Source: Balanoglossus misakiensis (lineage: Eukaryota > Animalia > Hemichordata). From it: a stretch of 64,000 nt of DNA. The stretch's first letter is position 1; every line of letters begins with the position of its first letter. The notes beneath the pieces were generated by a model. It saw only the letters and a list, made by a program, of their open reading frames with translations. It was not told the origin of the DNA and made no database searches. Position numbers and translations under genes: made by a program. Shown piece by piece: positions 27,310-39,771 of the stretch. The stretch lies in NCBI GenBank assembly GCA_040954595.2, contig CM082584.2:3414110-3478109 (forward strand), in the 5' to 3' direction.

Positions 27310-29064
27310 TCAGTAAAGCAGCTGAGCTATTTCCAGGCGTTTTTGTTGAGCTGCCTGGTTCCCATGTATGCCAGCCTCTGGCTCCTGCTGGATATCATCC
27401 TCCAGGCCATCGTTGATGTCGTTCTCATCTATTTTCTCGTGCATTAAGATGAAGTTATGAAGTACACATGCAGCGGTAATGACAAGGGGTATCGCTTCCT
27501 GCTTGGACATGTCAAGGTACTTCAGTCTTCGAAATTTACCTTTCAGTAGACCGAAGGCTCTCTCAATGACTGAAAGGGTTGACGAATGCACTTTGTTGAA
27601 TTTTTTTCCACTTCATTGAGATGCCCATTGTCACGAAATGGGTCCAGGAGGTAAACTGTATTGGCGTATGCCGAATCACCGAGGAGATGGTATTCCTCAG
27701 GAAAGTCTCCCGAGGGAACTCGTTTCAGTGGACTGTTTCGAAAAACTCTGGCATCATGCACCGATCCAGGCCAACCAGTATAAATGTCTGTAAATTTCAA
27801 ATCAATATCGCAGGTTGCTTGTAGGTGGATTGACGGGAACCCCTTCCTGTAGATATATGAGTCACGATGGTCACTTGGCCCAGGAATTTGTATGTGGGTC
27901 CCGTCTATGGCGCCAACAACACCCGGAAACCCACACCTCTCCAGAAATCGTGCTGCATTTTTTTCCATACTGTTCTCGTTGGGCCAAGTGACCATGGTGG
28001 GTTGAAGTTCCCGCAGTGCACAGCAAACAGCCATCACACCAACATGGAGACTGCTCTTCCCCATGTCAAACCTGTCTCCAACACTTCTAAATGACTCTTG
28101 GTTGCCCAAGAACCACAACGTTGCCAGAATTTTTTTCCGGGCATGTGGTCCTTTTCCGCATCTTTGGGACGATATTTCCCAATAACTCCTGGTGAGAAAT
28201 TAAGATAAAGACACTCTTATTTATAAGGAAACCTCGATAATAGAAAACTTGTACTGAATTGTTACATTTACAATCGACTTAAATAGACAGAAGACATCAA
28301 TTACCATCAGATTTGAGCATATATACAGTGGGTGACGGAATTAAACCTCATGTCATTTAGGCCTAAATAAATGGATGATGGGTCATAACGAATCCTGTGT
28401 TTCACCTAGCATACTTTAGGTGCTGTAAAACACTTTATTTTCGCGAGTTGAAATTTTAGCGATATCGAGAGAGGCCACTGTTTCGCGAGTATTAATTTTC
28501 GCGTTCTCATATTTCATTCACTGCATCATTGTCTTCAAAATTACGTGACTTTTTATTTTCACGTTATTTTGGCTCTCGCGTATTTCGCGAAAATTTATTG
28601 CTCGCTAAAATAAAGTGTTTTACAGATAGCCAAAATGGGGCACGGGGCCAGGAAATGAAATGGACATGTCAATGTAAAAATAGAACATCTTCATTTCAGC
28701 ACGTGTCGCTTTCCTTTACAAAAGCCGCGTGCGTTTCAAAGCATGTTAATTTCACTCAGTGACTGTGTCTTGCCTTTTTATTTAATTTTTATTTTTTTAT
28801 TGAGCTTACCTCATACGTTTCTCTCTGCATCCTAAAATGCGATCGAAATTCTCTCTCAGAATATGCCGGTATGACATGTTCCACATATCCTTCAATTCTC
28901 ACGGGTACGTTCTTGCTGACCGCCGCCGCTGCTGATACTAAACCAAGGCGGAATAAGTCAGCAGCGGCATGTTGGATTGGAACCACAGCGTCAATATCGA
29001 CGCTATCGTCCATTATTTATTGCACAAGTAACAGACGCGCTTTTCCTTTTAAATTTGCCGCCAT
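27310..29064 (-). pseudogene. Harbinger (HARBI1-like) DDE transposase, two exons, disrupted
   Basis: Exon 1 29064-28810 (in-frame TAA after MAANLKGKARLLLVQ; FRSHFRM motif); exon 2 28188-27310 with GAIDGTHI, HDARVF, LLGDSAY and IERAFGLLKGKFRRL. Frameshifts in A-runs near 28130 and 27600. Confidence 0.92.
28423..28625. mobile_element. MITE (about 200 bp) nested in the transposase intron
   Basis: TIR CTGTAAAACACTTTATTTT(C/A)GCGAG at both ends; TSD not clean. Confidence 0.75.
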
Positions 29065-29649
29065 TTTGCATTTCACGACAAGCTTTTTATCGTTCGGCGA
29101 AGTACAAAAGCGCCCTGCGCAAGCAGTCACAAAACGCTTTGTGCGTCGAACGCACCCCAGGCCAGGTGTGTGGTCATGGAGCGCCCGAACGCATGCACAC
29201 CGATGAATATTTAAGAAATAATCCGCCGAGGGCGGGTATACCACGAGATATAGAACAATTTAAGAAATGTGTGCATATATGGATTGAATTGCGCTATATC
29301 CAGTGGTATACCCACCTATATACGCGCGGTTGATTGCTATTACATTGCATCAACTTCATATTGTTATTTTCACTAGAGGTCAATAAAAGCGCCCGACATT
29401 TCCGGGTACTTGCAATTGGTCTGTAATTGGTTTTTCTTTGTTGGAAAATATCAGCAAAATTATTTATATTTCTCAAAATGTTACTGGTACTCATGTCAAA
29501 GAACTTTTCAAGGGCACAGCGTTTGGTGGATATTAGAAACGGACATAATGATGTTTAAAGTTATAGAAAATGGGAACTTCTTGAAACAGCTGTATATGTT
29601 TTATAGATGATCATCTGGAGATGTTGAGTAATTAAAAATAGTTCCCTAC

Positions 29650-31397
29650 CTTGTTTATCAGTACAAACGAGTAACATCTCCTTTGTTTAGGAGAAAGCTA
29701 CAATTCTGTTATTATTTACCCACAAGAAATTTTGGCATTCTGTCAATAACAAAAAGTGTTCTTCCAGGCCAAACAATGTAGGTGGTTGTACTGGTGAAGC
29801 TAATGTTGCTGATATGTGGTGTAAACATTACCAAGAAATCTATAACTCTGTGAACACGACTGATGATAAGAAATTTGTTTTGGAAGCTGTTGAGAAATGT
29901 ACCTTTGATAATAGTGTTACTGTTTTACCCGGTGACGTGTGTGATGTCATTTCTAAATTACAGACTGGAAAAGCTGCTGGCTCAGACTTTCTTTCAGCGG
30001 AGCATTTTATGTATGCCAGTACTAAGATCTCTACCTTACTTAGTATGTGTTTTACAGCAATGTTTGTACATGGTTCTTGCCCGAGTAGACTTTCTGATAC
30101 TGTTTTAGTTCCCATAGTAAAGGACAAAAACAACAATGTTAATGACAAAAGTAATTACCGTCCGATTGCACTGTCTACAGTTGCTTTAAAGCTCATTGAG
30201 TTAATTTTACTTAGACATATTGATTGTTTTCTTGAGACGTCACATTATCAGTTTGGTTTCAAATCTGGCCATTCCACTGATATGTGCGTTTTTGTTCTTA
30301 AAGAAGTAATCAATTTCTATAGACAGCATGGCAGTAATGTAATTATCACCTTCATGGATGCTTCAAAAGCATTCGACAGAGTGAACCATTGGGTTTTATT
30401 CAAGAAACTAATAGATCGCAAAGTTCCAGCTTATTTTGTTAGATTTCTTTTGAGTTGGTATCGTACTCAGCAGATTTTCATTCGCTGGGGTTCATGTACC
30501 TCTGCTGGATTCACTGTCTCTAATGGTGTCAAACAAGGTGGAATCATGTCACCTAAGTTTTTTAATATTTATGTTGATCAGTTGAGTATGATGTTGTCAA
30601 ACTCCAAAACAGGCTGTAATATTGGAGGATATTTTATCAACCATTTAATGTATGCCGATGATATATGTCTTATTAGTCCTTCGGTCAAGGGGACTCAGAA
30701 GTTGGTCGATATCTGTGGCGACTATGGTAATACTCATGATATTTTATTTAATGACAAAAAGACTAACTGTATGTGTATCAAATCGGATTCTTCTATGATT
30801 CGTCGCATTCCTTCTGTTTATCTTAATGGAGTTAAACTAGCATTTGTAACAAAGAAAAAGCATCTGGGTTTCATCCTCAACGATCATCTCCATGATGATG
30901 ATGATATTGAGCGACATATGCGATGTTTTTATGTGTCAGCTAATATGATTAAGAGAAATTTTTTCAGATGTACTTTTGACATTAAGAGTATTCTCTTCAA
31001 AACATATTGTTATTAAATGTATGGAAGCCCAATGTGGGTAAAATTCACTGTCAGCACAATGAGGAAATTGAAAATTGCATACAACAACGCTGCTCGTATC
31101 CTATTGGGATATGAAAGACGAAGTAGTGCGAGCTCTATGTTTGTGACGAACATAATTAATACATTCGATGCCCTGCATAGAAGGCAAATTTTTAGTCTCA
31201 AACAAAGACTCTTGAACTGCCATAATGTCATTGTGCGGCAAGTGCATGATATATTGTATTTTAATTCTGAAACTTCGAGCATTTGGTATAAGCTTCTTTT
31301 TGTCATTTAGATATGTAATCTATTTTTTCCCGTTTCAACTAATCCTACTGTAATATGGACCATGAGTCCGAAATAAAGTTTATAATAATAATAATAA
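29650..31397 (+). mobile_element. 5'-truncated non-LTR retrotransposon (RT domain + 3' end); clade uncertain (RTE-X/L2-like)
   Basis: ORF 29814-31310 with NYRPIAL, QFGFK, DASKAFDRV, GVKQGG and YADD motifs; one in-frame TAA at 31014-31016; 3' end TATGGACCATGAGTCCGAAATAAAG + (TAA)n. The left boundary is approximate. Confidence 0.92.
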
Positions 31398-31910
31398 TTT
31401 AAAGAAAACAAGCTAAACTTTAGTGCTGGTTTACTCTGACGTGGCATTCAAAAAATTTCAGCACCGTTCCCGTGGTGTAACCCCCAAAAGCTATTATTCA
31501 CCAAGTGGCGACATAAGAAAAACTGTTGGGATATTTGTTTTAAAAAAATGACATTCATATCATCCATCAAATTTTTATCACAGACAATCTACCTGGGGCT
31601 CAGAATTCAATTTACTCTGTAATTGGTTTCTTTGTTGGCAAATGTCACGATTTATTTTTATAATGCAACAAGTTACTGGTGCATAGAATGTGTTTAACAA
31701 AATAGCCATTTGACAAACAGTGAAGAGTTTACACGGATTAGAGACAACAGCAATGACGAATTTGTTGAAAAACGAGAATTTGGGAACCCAACCACATCTG
31801 AGTGAAAAAGCATACTGAAGTGAAATATTAATAGGACCTATACAGACATTTGATTTGATACAGAAACCAGAAAATAAAAATTTAAAATATCTGTTTGGCA
31901 AAATGTGGAA

Positions 31911-31982
31911 TGGAGATGCCGGGTTTCGAACCCGGGGCCTAGCGCATGCAAAGCGCGCGCTCTACCACTGAGCTACATCCCC
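31911..31982 (-). tRNA. trnA-UGC: tRNA-Ala(TGC), second copy
   Basis: Identical to 19708-19779 except one substitution (position 31941) that gives a C:U mismatch at the top of the anticodon stem. Confidence 0.9.
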
Positions 31983-32333
31983 AACTACAAACGCGCACAT
32001 TTGATCAGCAAATTTTTGCGTTAAAAAAGGCAAGCGGCCAGGAGAGTCGTTCCTGAGCAACTTTCTGTGTTGAGAGATGTACGGTTAGTTTACCATATGG
32101 TTGTACGTTAGTTCTATAGCTGTCTGTGCTTGAGTTCACAGAAATTCAAAACAGTCAGTGTACGTCCGGAAGAAATAAAAATCGACAAGTTCATTACTCG
32201 TGTGTAAAATATGAAATACATACTAGTAGTTGCAAAGACTCTAGCTCTGCGTAACAGGGTTGTGTCTTGCCGCGCAGAGCGACAGTCAAATTGTCACATG
32301 ATTTCTCGTCGTAATACAAACTCCCATGTAGGC

Positions 32334-33272
32334 CATAGACCCTAGAGAAAGAAGGACGCGCAACTCCAGGTTTTTCTTGAAACGATGTTCTTTTGCATAC
32401 ATTATTTCCGGATAATCCCCAATAATCCAATTTGCAAATAAACTACGTATAAACTAACGCAAAGTCTCGCGTTTTGCGAGAAGTTATCACAAACACCTCA
32501 CAACATCTCGCAAAAGACGAGAAAACTGCAAAGTGGTTGAACTGCAGCGTTCATTTATGGAACACATCTGGACGAGTTAAACACGAATTTGGCACTTCTG
32601 AGTCTGACAGCGTCCAAAACAAGCATATTTTGTCTAACAGTCCGGGTATTTGACAAGGCTGTGAGCTAACCGTACCTAGGGTTTCCTGCCATCGTCAACC
32701 ATGAAAAACCAAGATGGCGGCCATAGCGCACACGTGAAAATCCACCCAGTTTGTTTACAAATTGTTTTCGTGAAATCTGTTTTATTGTTCACTCAATGCG
32801 AAATAAAATACCCCTAAACCACAATTTTTGTTTCAATGCTTCACGCAAACATAAAATTATTACGAAAAGTGTCAACATTACCAAGATATATGAGTGCCCA
32901 GTAGGACATGCAAAAAACATGGATGATTTGTTTACAATTTTTAAATGAAGCTTGTGGCACTAGAAATGACCGTTCAACCGACAGACGAACACCAAACCAT
33001 AATAAATAGCACAGACAACGTAATACTTTTTTAATTTTAGAAAAAAACGCAGTGGCTGCTGAAATATAGGAGTGCCAGTTTTTGGTTACTGTTGCACACC
33101 ACAGAGTTGCTTTTATTTTTTGGTAATGACATCGACGCGTGCCAAAGTGGAGATTCACGCCTGCCACTGTCCTAGGTGTTAATTATATGCAAAAGAACAT
33201 CATCATACTGATAATCCCCAAACCCTTTGATCTTTGCCGCAGTTGCACGTCCTTCTTTCTCTAGGGTCTATG
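32334..33272. mobile_element. Non-autonomous DNA transposon, P-superfamily-like termini
   Basis: TIR CATAGACCCTAGAGAAAGAAGGACG(C/T)GCAACT; 7-bp flanks TGTAGGC/TGTTGGC (TSD with one mismatch). Confidence 0.78.
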
Positions 33273-33739
33273 TGTTGGCCTAGTGCTTCTTTGTCCCGAA
33301 GAAACATAAACATCTACGTGTTAGGCTACTATTAAAAGGTGATCTTTGTTTGCTAAGATTTCTATTTGTAAACGAAGCAGGATTATCGGAAAGACCATAT
33401 GTAAACAGTTCCTTCGAACGCGTAATTTCTGATGATTTCCAAAGGGGAACTTCAGTTTGGCTATATGTGGTAGCATGGGCTCGGTTATTCCCGAAAAGCT
33501 ATTCTTTTTATGTGCAACTCAAGTTGCGCGATATTTTTTTCTTCACAAAAACGGACAATTTAGTGGCGAAAGTCACGTTGCATCTCTAGGGCTTCATCCA
33601 ACTGGGCCTATGGCTGGGACCTGGCTTTGGTTTGCACTTACGTCACGTGATATGGCAGGGTCCATTTTCCGATGGGCATGCTAATCTCGACAACTGTTTA
33701 TGTGAAAGTACTGTGCACTCCCAACAATAAGAGCTGTAA

Positions 33740-34072
33740 GTGTGACCTGTCCGATATGCCGGCGGTCACATGAACTACCCGGTGGCAGCGTGACTGGCTT
33801 CGAGGACAATGCGTTCCTCGGTGATTTGCTTGAAATGTCCAAGAGCCAAGAAGCACGCGCAGCCAGACCCTGGGAAATGCGAAAGCTGCGGACACGGCGA
33901 CCTAGCCAAACACTGCATCGAATGCTCAATGGCATTTTGCGGCAGCTGCGTGGCCACACACCGACAAATCCCCGTGACGAAATCGCACCGCACGCTGTTC
34001 CAAGACGAATACCGTGCTGCAAAGTTCACCAACCCGGCTTCAGTGCACCCCCTGATGTTCTGCAGTAAGCAC
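33740..34072 (+). pseudogene. TRIM/RBCC fragment (end of RING, B-box 1, start of B-box 2), frameshifted
   Basis: TCPICRRSHELPGGSVTGFEDNAFLGDLLE, a frameshift near 33870, then KCESC....AKHCIECSMAFCGSCVATHRQIPVTKSH...FCSKH; truncated at both ends. Confidence 0.85.
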
Positions 34073-34164
34073 CTTAGATTGACCGTACGTAGCGTCATGG
34101 CGCGACGCGACATGTAACTTCAACCAACAAGACATCGCGCGCATAGAATGCGGTATGCGTGGCA

Positions 34165-34431
34165 AGGACCAACTTCCGCCCACCATGGTGTGGGTGATAC
34201 CATTCTCGGATTGGTGTCACTGGGCGACAGACCAGGCGTATTTTCATAGCTATTGTTTGTTATTTGCATCAGTTGATAAACAATCATCAGCAAAGTCGAA
34301 AATTTGTCATCTATTGACAGTTTTCATGAGCTATAACCCATGAAAAATATGCAAATACGCTTAGCCTGTGACGCAGTGACACCAATCGGAAAATGGCATC
34401 ACCCACACCAGGGTAGGCGAAAGTTGGTCCT
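34165..34431. mobile_element. MITE with about 85-bp imperfect inverted arms
   Basis: AGGACCAACTTCCGCCCACCATGGTGTGGGTGAT... versus the reverse complement of the right arm AGGACCAACTTTCGCCTACCCTGGTGTGGGTGAT... Confidence 0.75.
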
Positions 34432-34650
34432 GGCACTTTTTCCCCATGATTCAAATTACAGTAAACGCCATATTGGAAATTCTGCCAACTTTCCCTCGAC
34501 TTTGTAAAAAATCGCGCGACTTATACATGGCGAATATGTTTTTTTCTGAAAGAGTGACCTCAAAGCTACCAAATTATGTAGAAATCAGCCACGCCGGATT
34601 TACCCTTTAAATGCGGCATATCAGTTGCATTTCCGGGTGACGGTTACAAC

Positions 34651-35420
34651 GGAAACCCCACAGTTCATGGAGTGCGTTTATTCCAAAAAGTGAATGTCTT
34701 AGCTCGTATCTGTAATCTGTACAAATTAACCTCTGCAGTATCGCTTATTTGCAATCCAAGAATGGTTAGTCTGTCCAGGCAAAATGCGTTCATCAGTGGC
34801 GCACTACAGATAAATGTAACACAATATGACGCAGACTATAAGGGTGACCTGCATACAAAGCAAGCGGATAAGTTAATTCTGAGATGTCCGAAGATTTACA
34901 AATAAGGAAACTCCACAGTTCATGGAGTGCGTTTATTCCAAAAAGTGAATGTCTTAGCTCGTATCTGTAATCTGTACAAATTAACCTCTGCAGTATCGCT
35001 TATTTGCAATCCAAGAATGGTTAGTCTGTCCAGGCAAAATGCGTTCATCAGTGGCGCACTACAGATAAATGTAACACAATATGACGCAGACTATAAGGGT
35101 GACCTGCATACAAAGCAAGCGGATAAGTTAATTCTGAGATGTCCGAAGATTTACAAATAAGGAAACTCCACAGTTCATGGAGTGCGTTTATTCCAAAAAG
35201 TGAATGTCTTAGCTCGTATCTGTAATCTGTACAAATTAACCTCTGCAGTATCGCTTATTTGCAATCCAAGAATGGTTAGTCTGTCCAGGCAAAATGCGTT
35301 CATCAGTGGCGCACTACAGATAAATGTAACACAATATGACGCAGACTATAAGGGTGAGCTGCATACAAAGCAAGCGGATAAGTTAATTCTGAGATGTCCG
35401 AAGATTTACAAATAAGGAAA
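34651..35420. repeat. Three near-identical tandem copies of a 255-bp unit
   Basis: Units start at 34651, 34906 and 35161; only two substitutions seen; GGAAA microhomology at the boundaries. Confidence 0.97.
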
Positions 35421-35873
35421 ATTGGAAATTGTTACTTATTATGCCATTACTGCAGAATTTGAATAAATCTGACAAATTACCTTCAGGGACCTGTACACCC
35501 AATTTTAAAGGTGTATAACACACCCCTTTCATAAGCCTAGCGCCCTCACAAATTTAAACTCAAAGCGACGCCAATGGGGACAATTGACCAATCACATTAA
35601 GGTTGTTTCCCATTGGTCTCACTTTGATTTCAAATTAATGATGGCTGCGTGGGGGCTTTAGAGTTATGAAAGAGATGTATGACGAGCAGTTTTTGAGAAG
35701 AAGTCAATTGTTGATGGAAGGACGAAGGAAGGGAGAACGAATAGGCAGATTGTTGCTGCATTAAAATATAGCGTTTGGTGAGCGCCGTATGTTTTCATTC
35801 TCTAAGGAAATGTTCATGTTTTCCGGCCTAACATCGATGTAGTGGCAAATGCACCAATTCTGTTCGTTTGGAT

Positions 35874-37520
35874 ATGAAGGGGTTCAGTATTGTGCAGAAT
35901 GTTATGGTTTTATTGGTGGCAACCATGGTTGTTATTTTTATATTAATGGAGTACACCGGCGAGCACATACCTGGGAAGTACATACCTTCAAGCACAGATT
36001 CCAAGAAGGAGGGTTTTTCAACTAATACACTACTACTGTAGGCCTAGTGGTCTATTCAAGTTTCACTATCAAGCATGTTTTGGTCATTAACATTGAAGTG
36101 ATGTTCATATGGATTTGTACTCGGGCACACATCATTTCATATGCTGATAACATATCACTTCACTCATAAAAATTAATATCATAATGCATATTACAATTAA
36201 ATTATTTAAGTAGTCCATGTGATTACCTGAATACAAGTTTGGATACGGCATAGTAATCGTATACACTGGCCATTGCACACGCTGTTCGGAATGGATCACA
36301 TTGTAGTTCATGTTCATTGTTTAAAGGTATACAGTCACCTTCGATGTACATAATTTGCATAAAATTTATACTGCTGCCAGCTCTCGACAAACTTCACCAA
36401 GGACTCCTTCACAAAAAGTGGTGTGGCCTACAATAATTGTTTTAGAAGGCTTTTCAACCTTTCCAGGCGATGTAGTATTATAATCAAAAGAAAACCGCCT
36501 GTATGATTGTAATGCCCAGTGGCTTTAAATATGCCAGACATCCATCTTAGTGGGATCAAGTTTTCATTTGTTCACTCGTCCAGGTATTTGGGCGTCTTTA
36601 TAACCAGCTCTTTTGTTGATGATTGCGACATTAAGAGACAAACGCGTTTACTGTACATTCGTGGCAACTTTCTGTTTAGAAGATTTACTCACTGATGTAC
36701 ACAGGTGAAAACCAGACTGTTTAAGTCATTTTGCACAAATTTATATTGCTGCCAGCTCTGGACAAACTTCACCAAGTATTCCTTCACAAAAATTCGTGTG
36801 GCCTACAATTACTGTTTCAGAAGGCTTTTTAACCTTTCCAGGTGATGTAATATTAGTACCATGTTTGTCATTCACAACGTACTGTCTTTTGGTGAGCTAT
36901 TGCGTAAAAGTGTATTTAATTTTATGAGCAGAATCAAGAACTCTGAGAATCTATATATTAAGAATATTTATGCTTGTACATATATTGATTCACTACAGTG
37001 CAGACACTGGAGGAACATTTTATACTAATTGTTGTACTTTTTAACTTTGTGTGTTTTTTGTGACAAGTATTTTTTTATATGTACATATTTTTTCTATGGG
37101 CCTGGAGCCTGATTCAAATAAATAAATAAAATAAAATAAATTAGTACCATGCCTGTCGTTCACAACGTACTGTATTTTGGTTAGCTATTGCGTAAAAGTG
37201 TATTTAATTTTATGAACAAAATCAAGAACTCTGAGAATCTCTATATTAAGAATATTTATGATTGTACATGTATTGATTCACTACAGTGCAGACACTGGTG
37301 GAAAATGTTATACTTATTATTGTACTTATTATAACTTTGTGTGTATCTGTAACGTGTATTTTTTTCAAATATATTTTTTTTTTCTATGGGCCTGGAGCCT
37401 GATTCAAATATATAAATTAAATTAAAAAAAAACATACGTCCATATATGGCTGAAATGGAGTATTGAGCGCTCTAAAGAACATATGGTGGCGCATTGGTGG
37501 GAAACGGTGGTATTCTCAAA
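35874..37520 (+). pseudogene. Shattered third ST8Sia-like paralog (TM exon + 30-bp sialylmotif L remnant)
   Basis: 35874-36008 MKGFSIVQNVMVLLVATMVVIFILMEY..(frameshift)..LQAQIPR with the splice donor lost; the upstream AGCGTTTGGTGAGCGCC is shared with copy 1 (about 40776); 37491-37520 GCATTGGTGGGAAACGGTGGTATTCTCAAA ([10 protein letters not shown]) is identical to both intact copies. Confidence 0.8.
36853..37425 (+). repeat. Two diverged tandem copies (about 288 bp) of a probable LINE 3' end
   Basis: Units start TTAGTACCATG (36853, 37141) and end TATGGGCCTGGAGCCTGATTCAAATA + A-rich tail, resembling the 3' end of the LINE at 31354-31397. Confidence 0.7.
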
Positions 37521-37526
37521 GATAGG

Positions 37527-39367
37527 CAGCCCCCGCTACTATCAGCCAGATCGCACGGTACTCATTAATATATGTAAATGAGGGAAAGTACTTCAAACTA
37601 TGTAGCCGTTAGAGTGGGCCCCGCTGACGGGTCGCGAAATAGGTCATTTTTACTCGATATTATACAGCTGTTTTCAGGCGATGTGGATTATTTTAAGACA
37701 AAACCGCGGATTCACTTGAAGGTAGGTATACTGGATTGTTACTGAGTGATTTTTTGGCAACTTCTGTCGCGTAGTTTCTTTGTAATCACGAAATTTCTGA
37801 CGACCGTGAAAAAACACATAGCGTTGACATCCTCTCGATTATTTTTAAGCTGACCGTTACACATGGATTTTACCACGAAATTTCAAACTTTTATCAAAAT
37901 ATAGACATCAAACCCCCTCTCTTTGAGTTTTCATTCACTTCCAAGCTTTCATAGTGACGATATGACTAGTTCAATTTTGTTTACCTTTCAACCTGTGAGG
38001 GCCATTTTGTTTACTTTTCAACCCGTGAGCGCCACTTCTTCTGCAAAATGTCGGGAGAAGACAGCATGTACGTATATACGCTGGCGCAGGCTTGATCCTG
38101 GAATTGAACCGGCTGCGTAGTTTTCCCTCCTCTCTCGTGCGAAGAAATTTTGATTGCTGATATGTACTCCCGAGTTTTACTAAACCCTATCAATTATTTT
38201 GTGAAAGTTTGCCCGTCAAGGAAACTCACTTTTTTTTATTATATTGTTCTTTCAGATTGATGAAGACTGATTTTTGTGGTGGTGGTGTTGCAGTTGACTG
38301 TTTTATTTGAGCTGTCTGAGTTGACAATTTATTCTGTATTTTGTTGTAGTTTTAACTCTTTATCCTGTATTTTGTAGTAGTATCTTGAACACTGTTTAAT
38401 AAATAAATTACTATTATTATTATTTATCGACCCAATGCAATGATGACAAATCGCTCGCCTTCAGACACAAATGTTGTATTTATTGCATATATCATCAGCG
38501 AATAAAGGGAAATGGTTTCGAAGTTACACTTGGTATTTTCGAAAAGTCTACTTATATCCCACGATACGGAGAAAAAAAAACGTTAGCTGAGCTCCTCACA
38601 CGTAGTCACGTACGGTAAACCTGGCATTCTGTGCATGGGTAATCAAATATTTGTTTGTAGCCCAATGTAGGCGTACGGCGTGGAGCACCCGGGCGCGGCA
38701 CTCGTGCGATTGATCGATGTTGTGTCGAAATCAGGCCAGTAATTAAGTTAAATCTTGGCTGATGTGTTACCTTAGAGTGTTATACACTATCCAGTAACGT
38801 TTACTTGACAAGTGTCTTTTAGAAACTGTTTTCCCCACGATAAACGTGTCGTTTCACGAGCAACGCAACACTTCCCTATTTACAAGCCTAACATGGAGAG
38901 GTCAACGTAGGGCCTACACTTCCGGGTCATATCGTCGAAGTACATCGATTATTTTTAAGCTGACCGTTACACAGGCATTTCCAATTAATTTCTTTTCACG
39001 GATGTTGGGATCGATATTAGACCTATCTGTCACGAAAACTTGGTTAACTTCCGAGGTCGTCTTCAAATGATTTTTGGCACGTTTGTGGACGTCTCTTCCG
39101 AGGTCACCAACATACCACCGAAAACACGTTATTACCGACAGATTCTCATAAAATTTACGTCTACAGTGCAAAATGGGAATCACTTTCGAAATTTATCGAG
39201 CTAGCATGGTATTTTATTGTACCACGGAGTGTAAAAATCAAGTTGAAAATCACCTTGAAAACTGGCCTATTGCCGTCTGTTTGAAAGTTAACGGTCGCTG
39301 GCTTGACGAACTTTCATATGCAAATGAGCACCGTGCGATCTGACTGCTATCACTGCAGCTGGGACTG
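37527..39367. mobile_element. Old non-autonomous DNA transposon with degenerate inverted ends
   Basis: Left CAG..CAGATCGCACGGTACTCATT..ATATG versus reverse complement of right CAG..CAGATCGCACGGTGCTCATT..ATATG; no TSD found. Confidence 0.45.
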
Positions 39368-39560
39368 TACTGATGTCTTCGAACAGAGAGATAAAACGCA
39401 TACAATAGGCTAGACCTGAAAGCTCAGGTAATTGAAAACAAAAAGGGACGCTAACCTAAATTGTGTCTGTTACGTAATCTCACGTTAGACTGTATAACTG
39501 AATTAACAATAGACGTTTAATGGGTTTGTGTAGTGACTGGAGTGGGGGAAACGGGCATAA

Positions 39561-39771
39561 GGGGTGAACCATTTGATTTTGGGGGAGAGGAGCACTCTGG
39601 GGGGGGGGCAAAATGTTGCTGGCAGTCGTGCCGAGGAAAACAGATTGCTTCTGCAATGCCTTAAGGAAAAGGTGGACTAGCATTCGCAAATAAGTTTGCG
39701 GTATCAGTGGCTGAAAAAATGCTGTCATACTTAACCCCCATCCCACCTCCCGAAATCCAATAGTCCTTCCC
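39561..39771. mobile_element. Harbinger-type MITE
   Basis: Degenerate TIRs GGGGTGAACCATTTGATTT / GGGAAGGACTATTGGATTT, flanked by TAA on both sides. Confidence 0.5.

Larger units (their letters stand above)
22281..29157. mobile_element. Full-length PIF/Harbinger DNA transposon (about 6.9 kb)
   Basis: TIRs GGGTGCGTTCGACG(T/C)AC(G/A)AAGCGTT; 3-bp flanks CGG/CAG (CWG-type TSD with one mismatch); convergent Myb/SANT gene and DDE transposase inside. Confidence 0.92.

Noticed and set aside
34672-35415. Three tandem 77-aa genes
   Set aside because: GTG start, no recognisable domain; a by-product of the 255-bp triplication.
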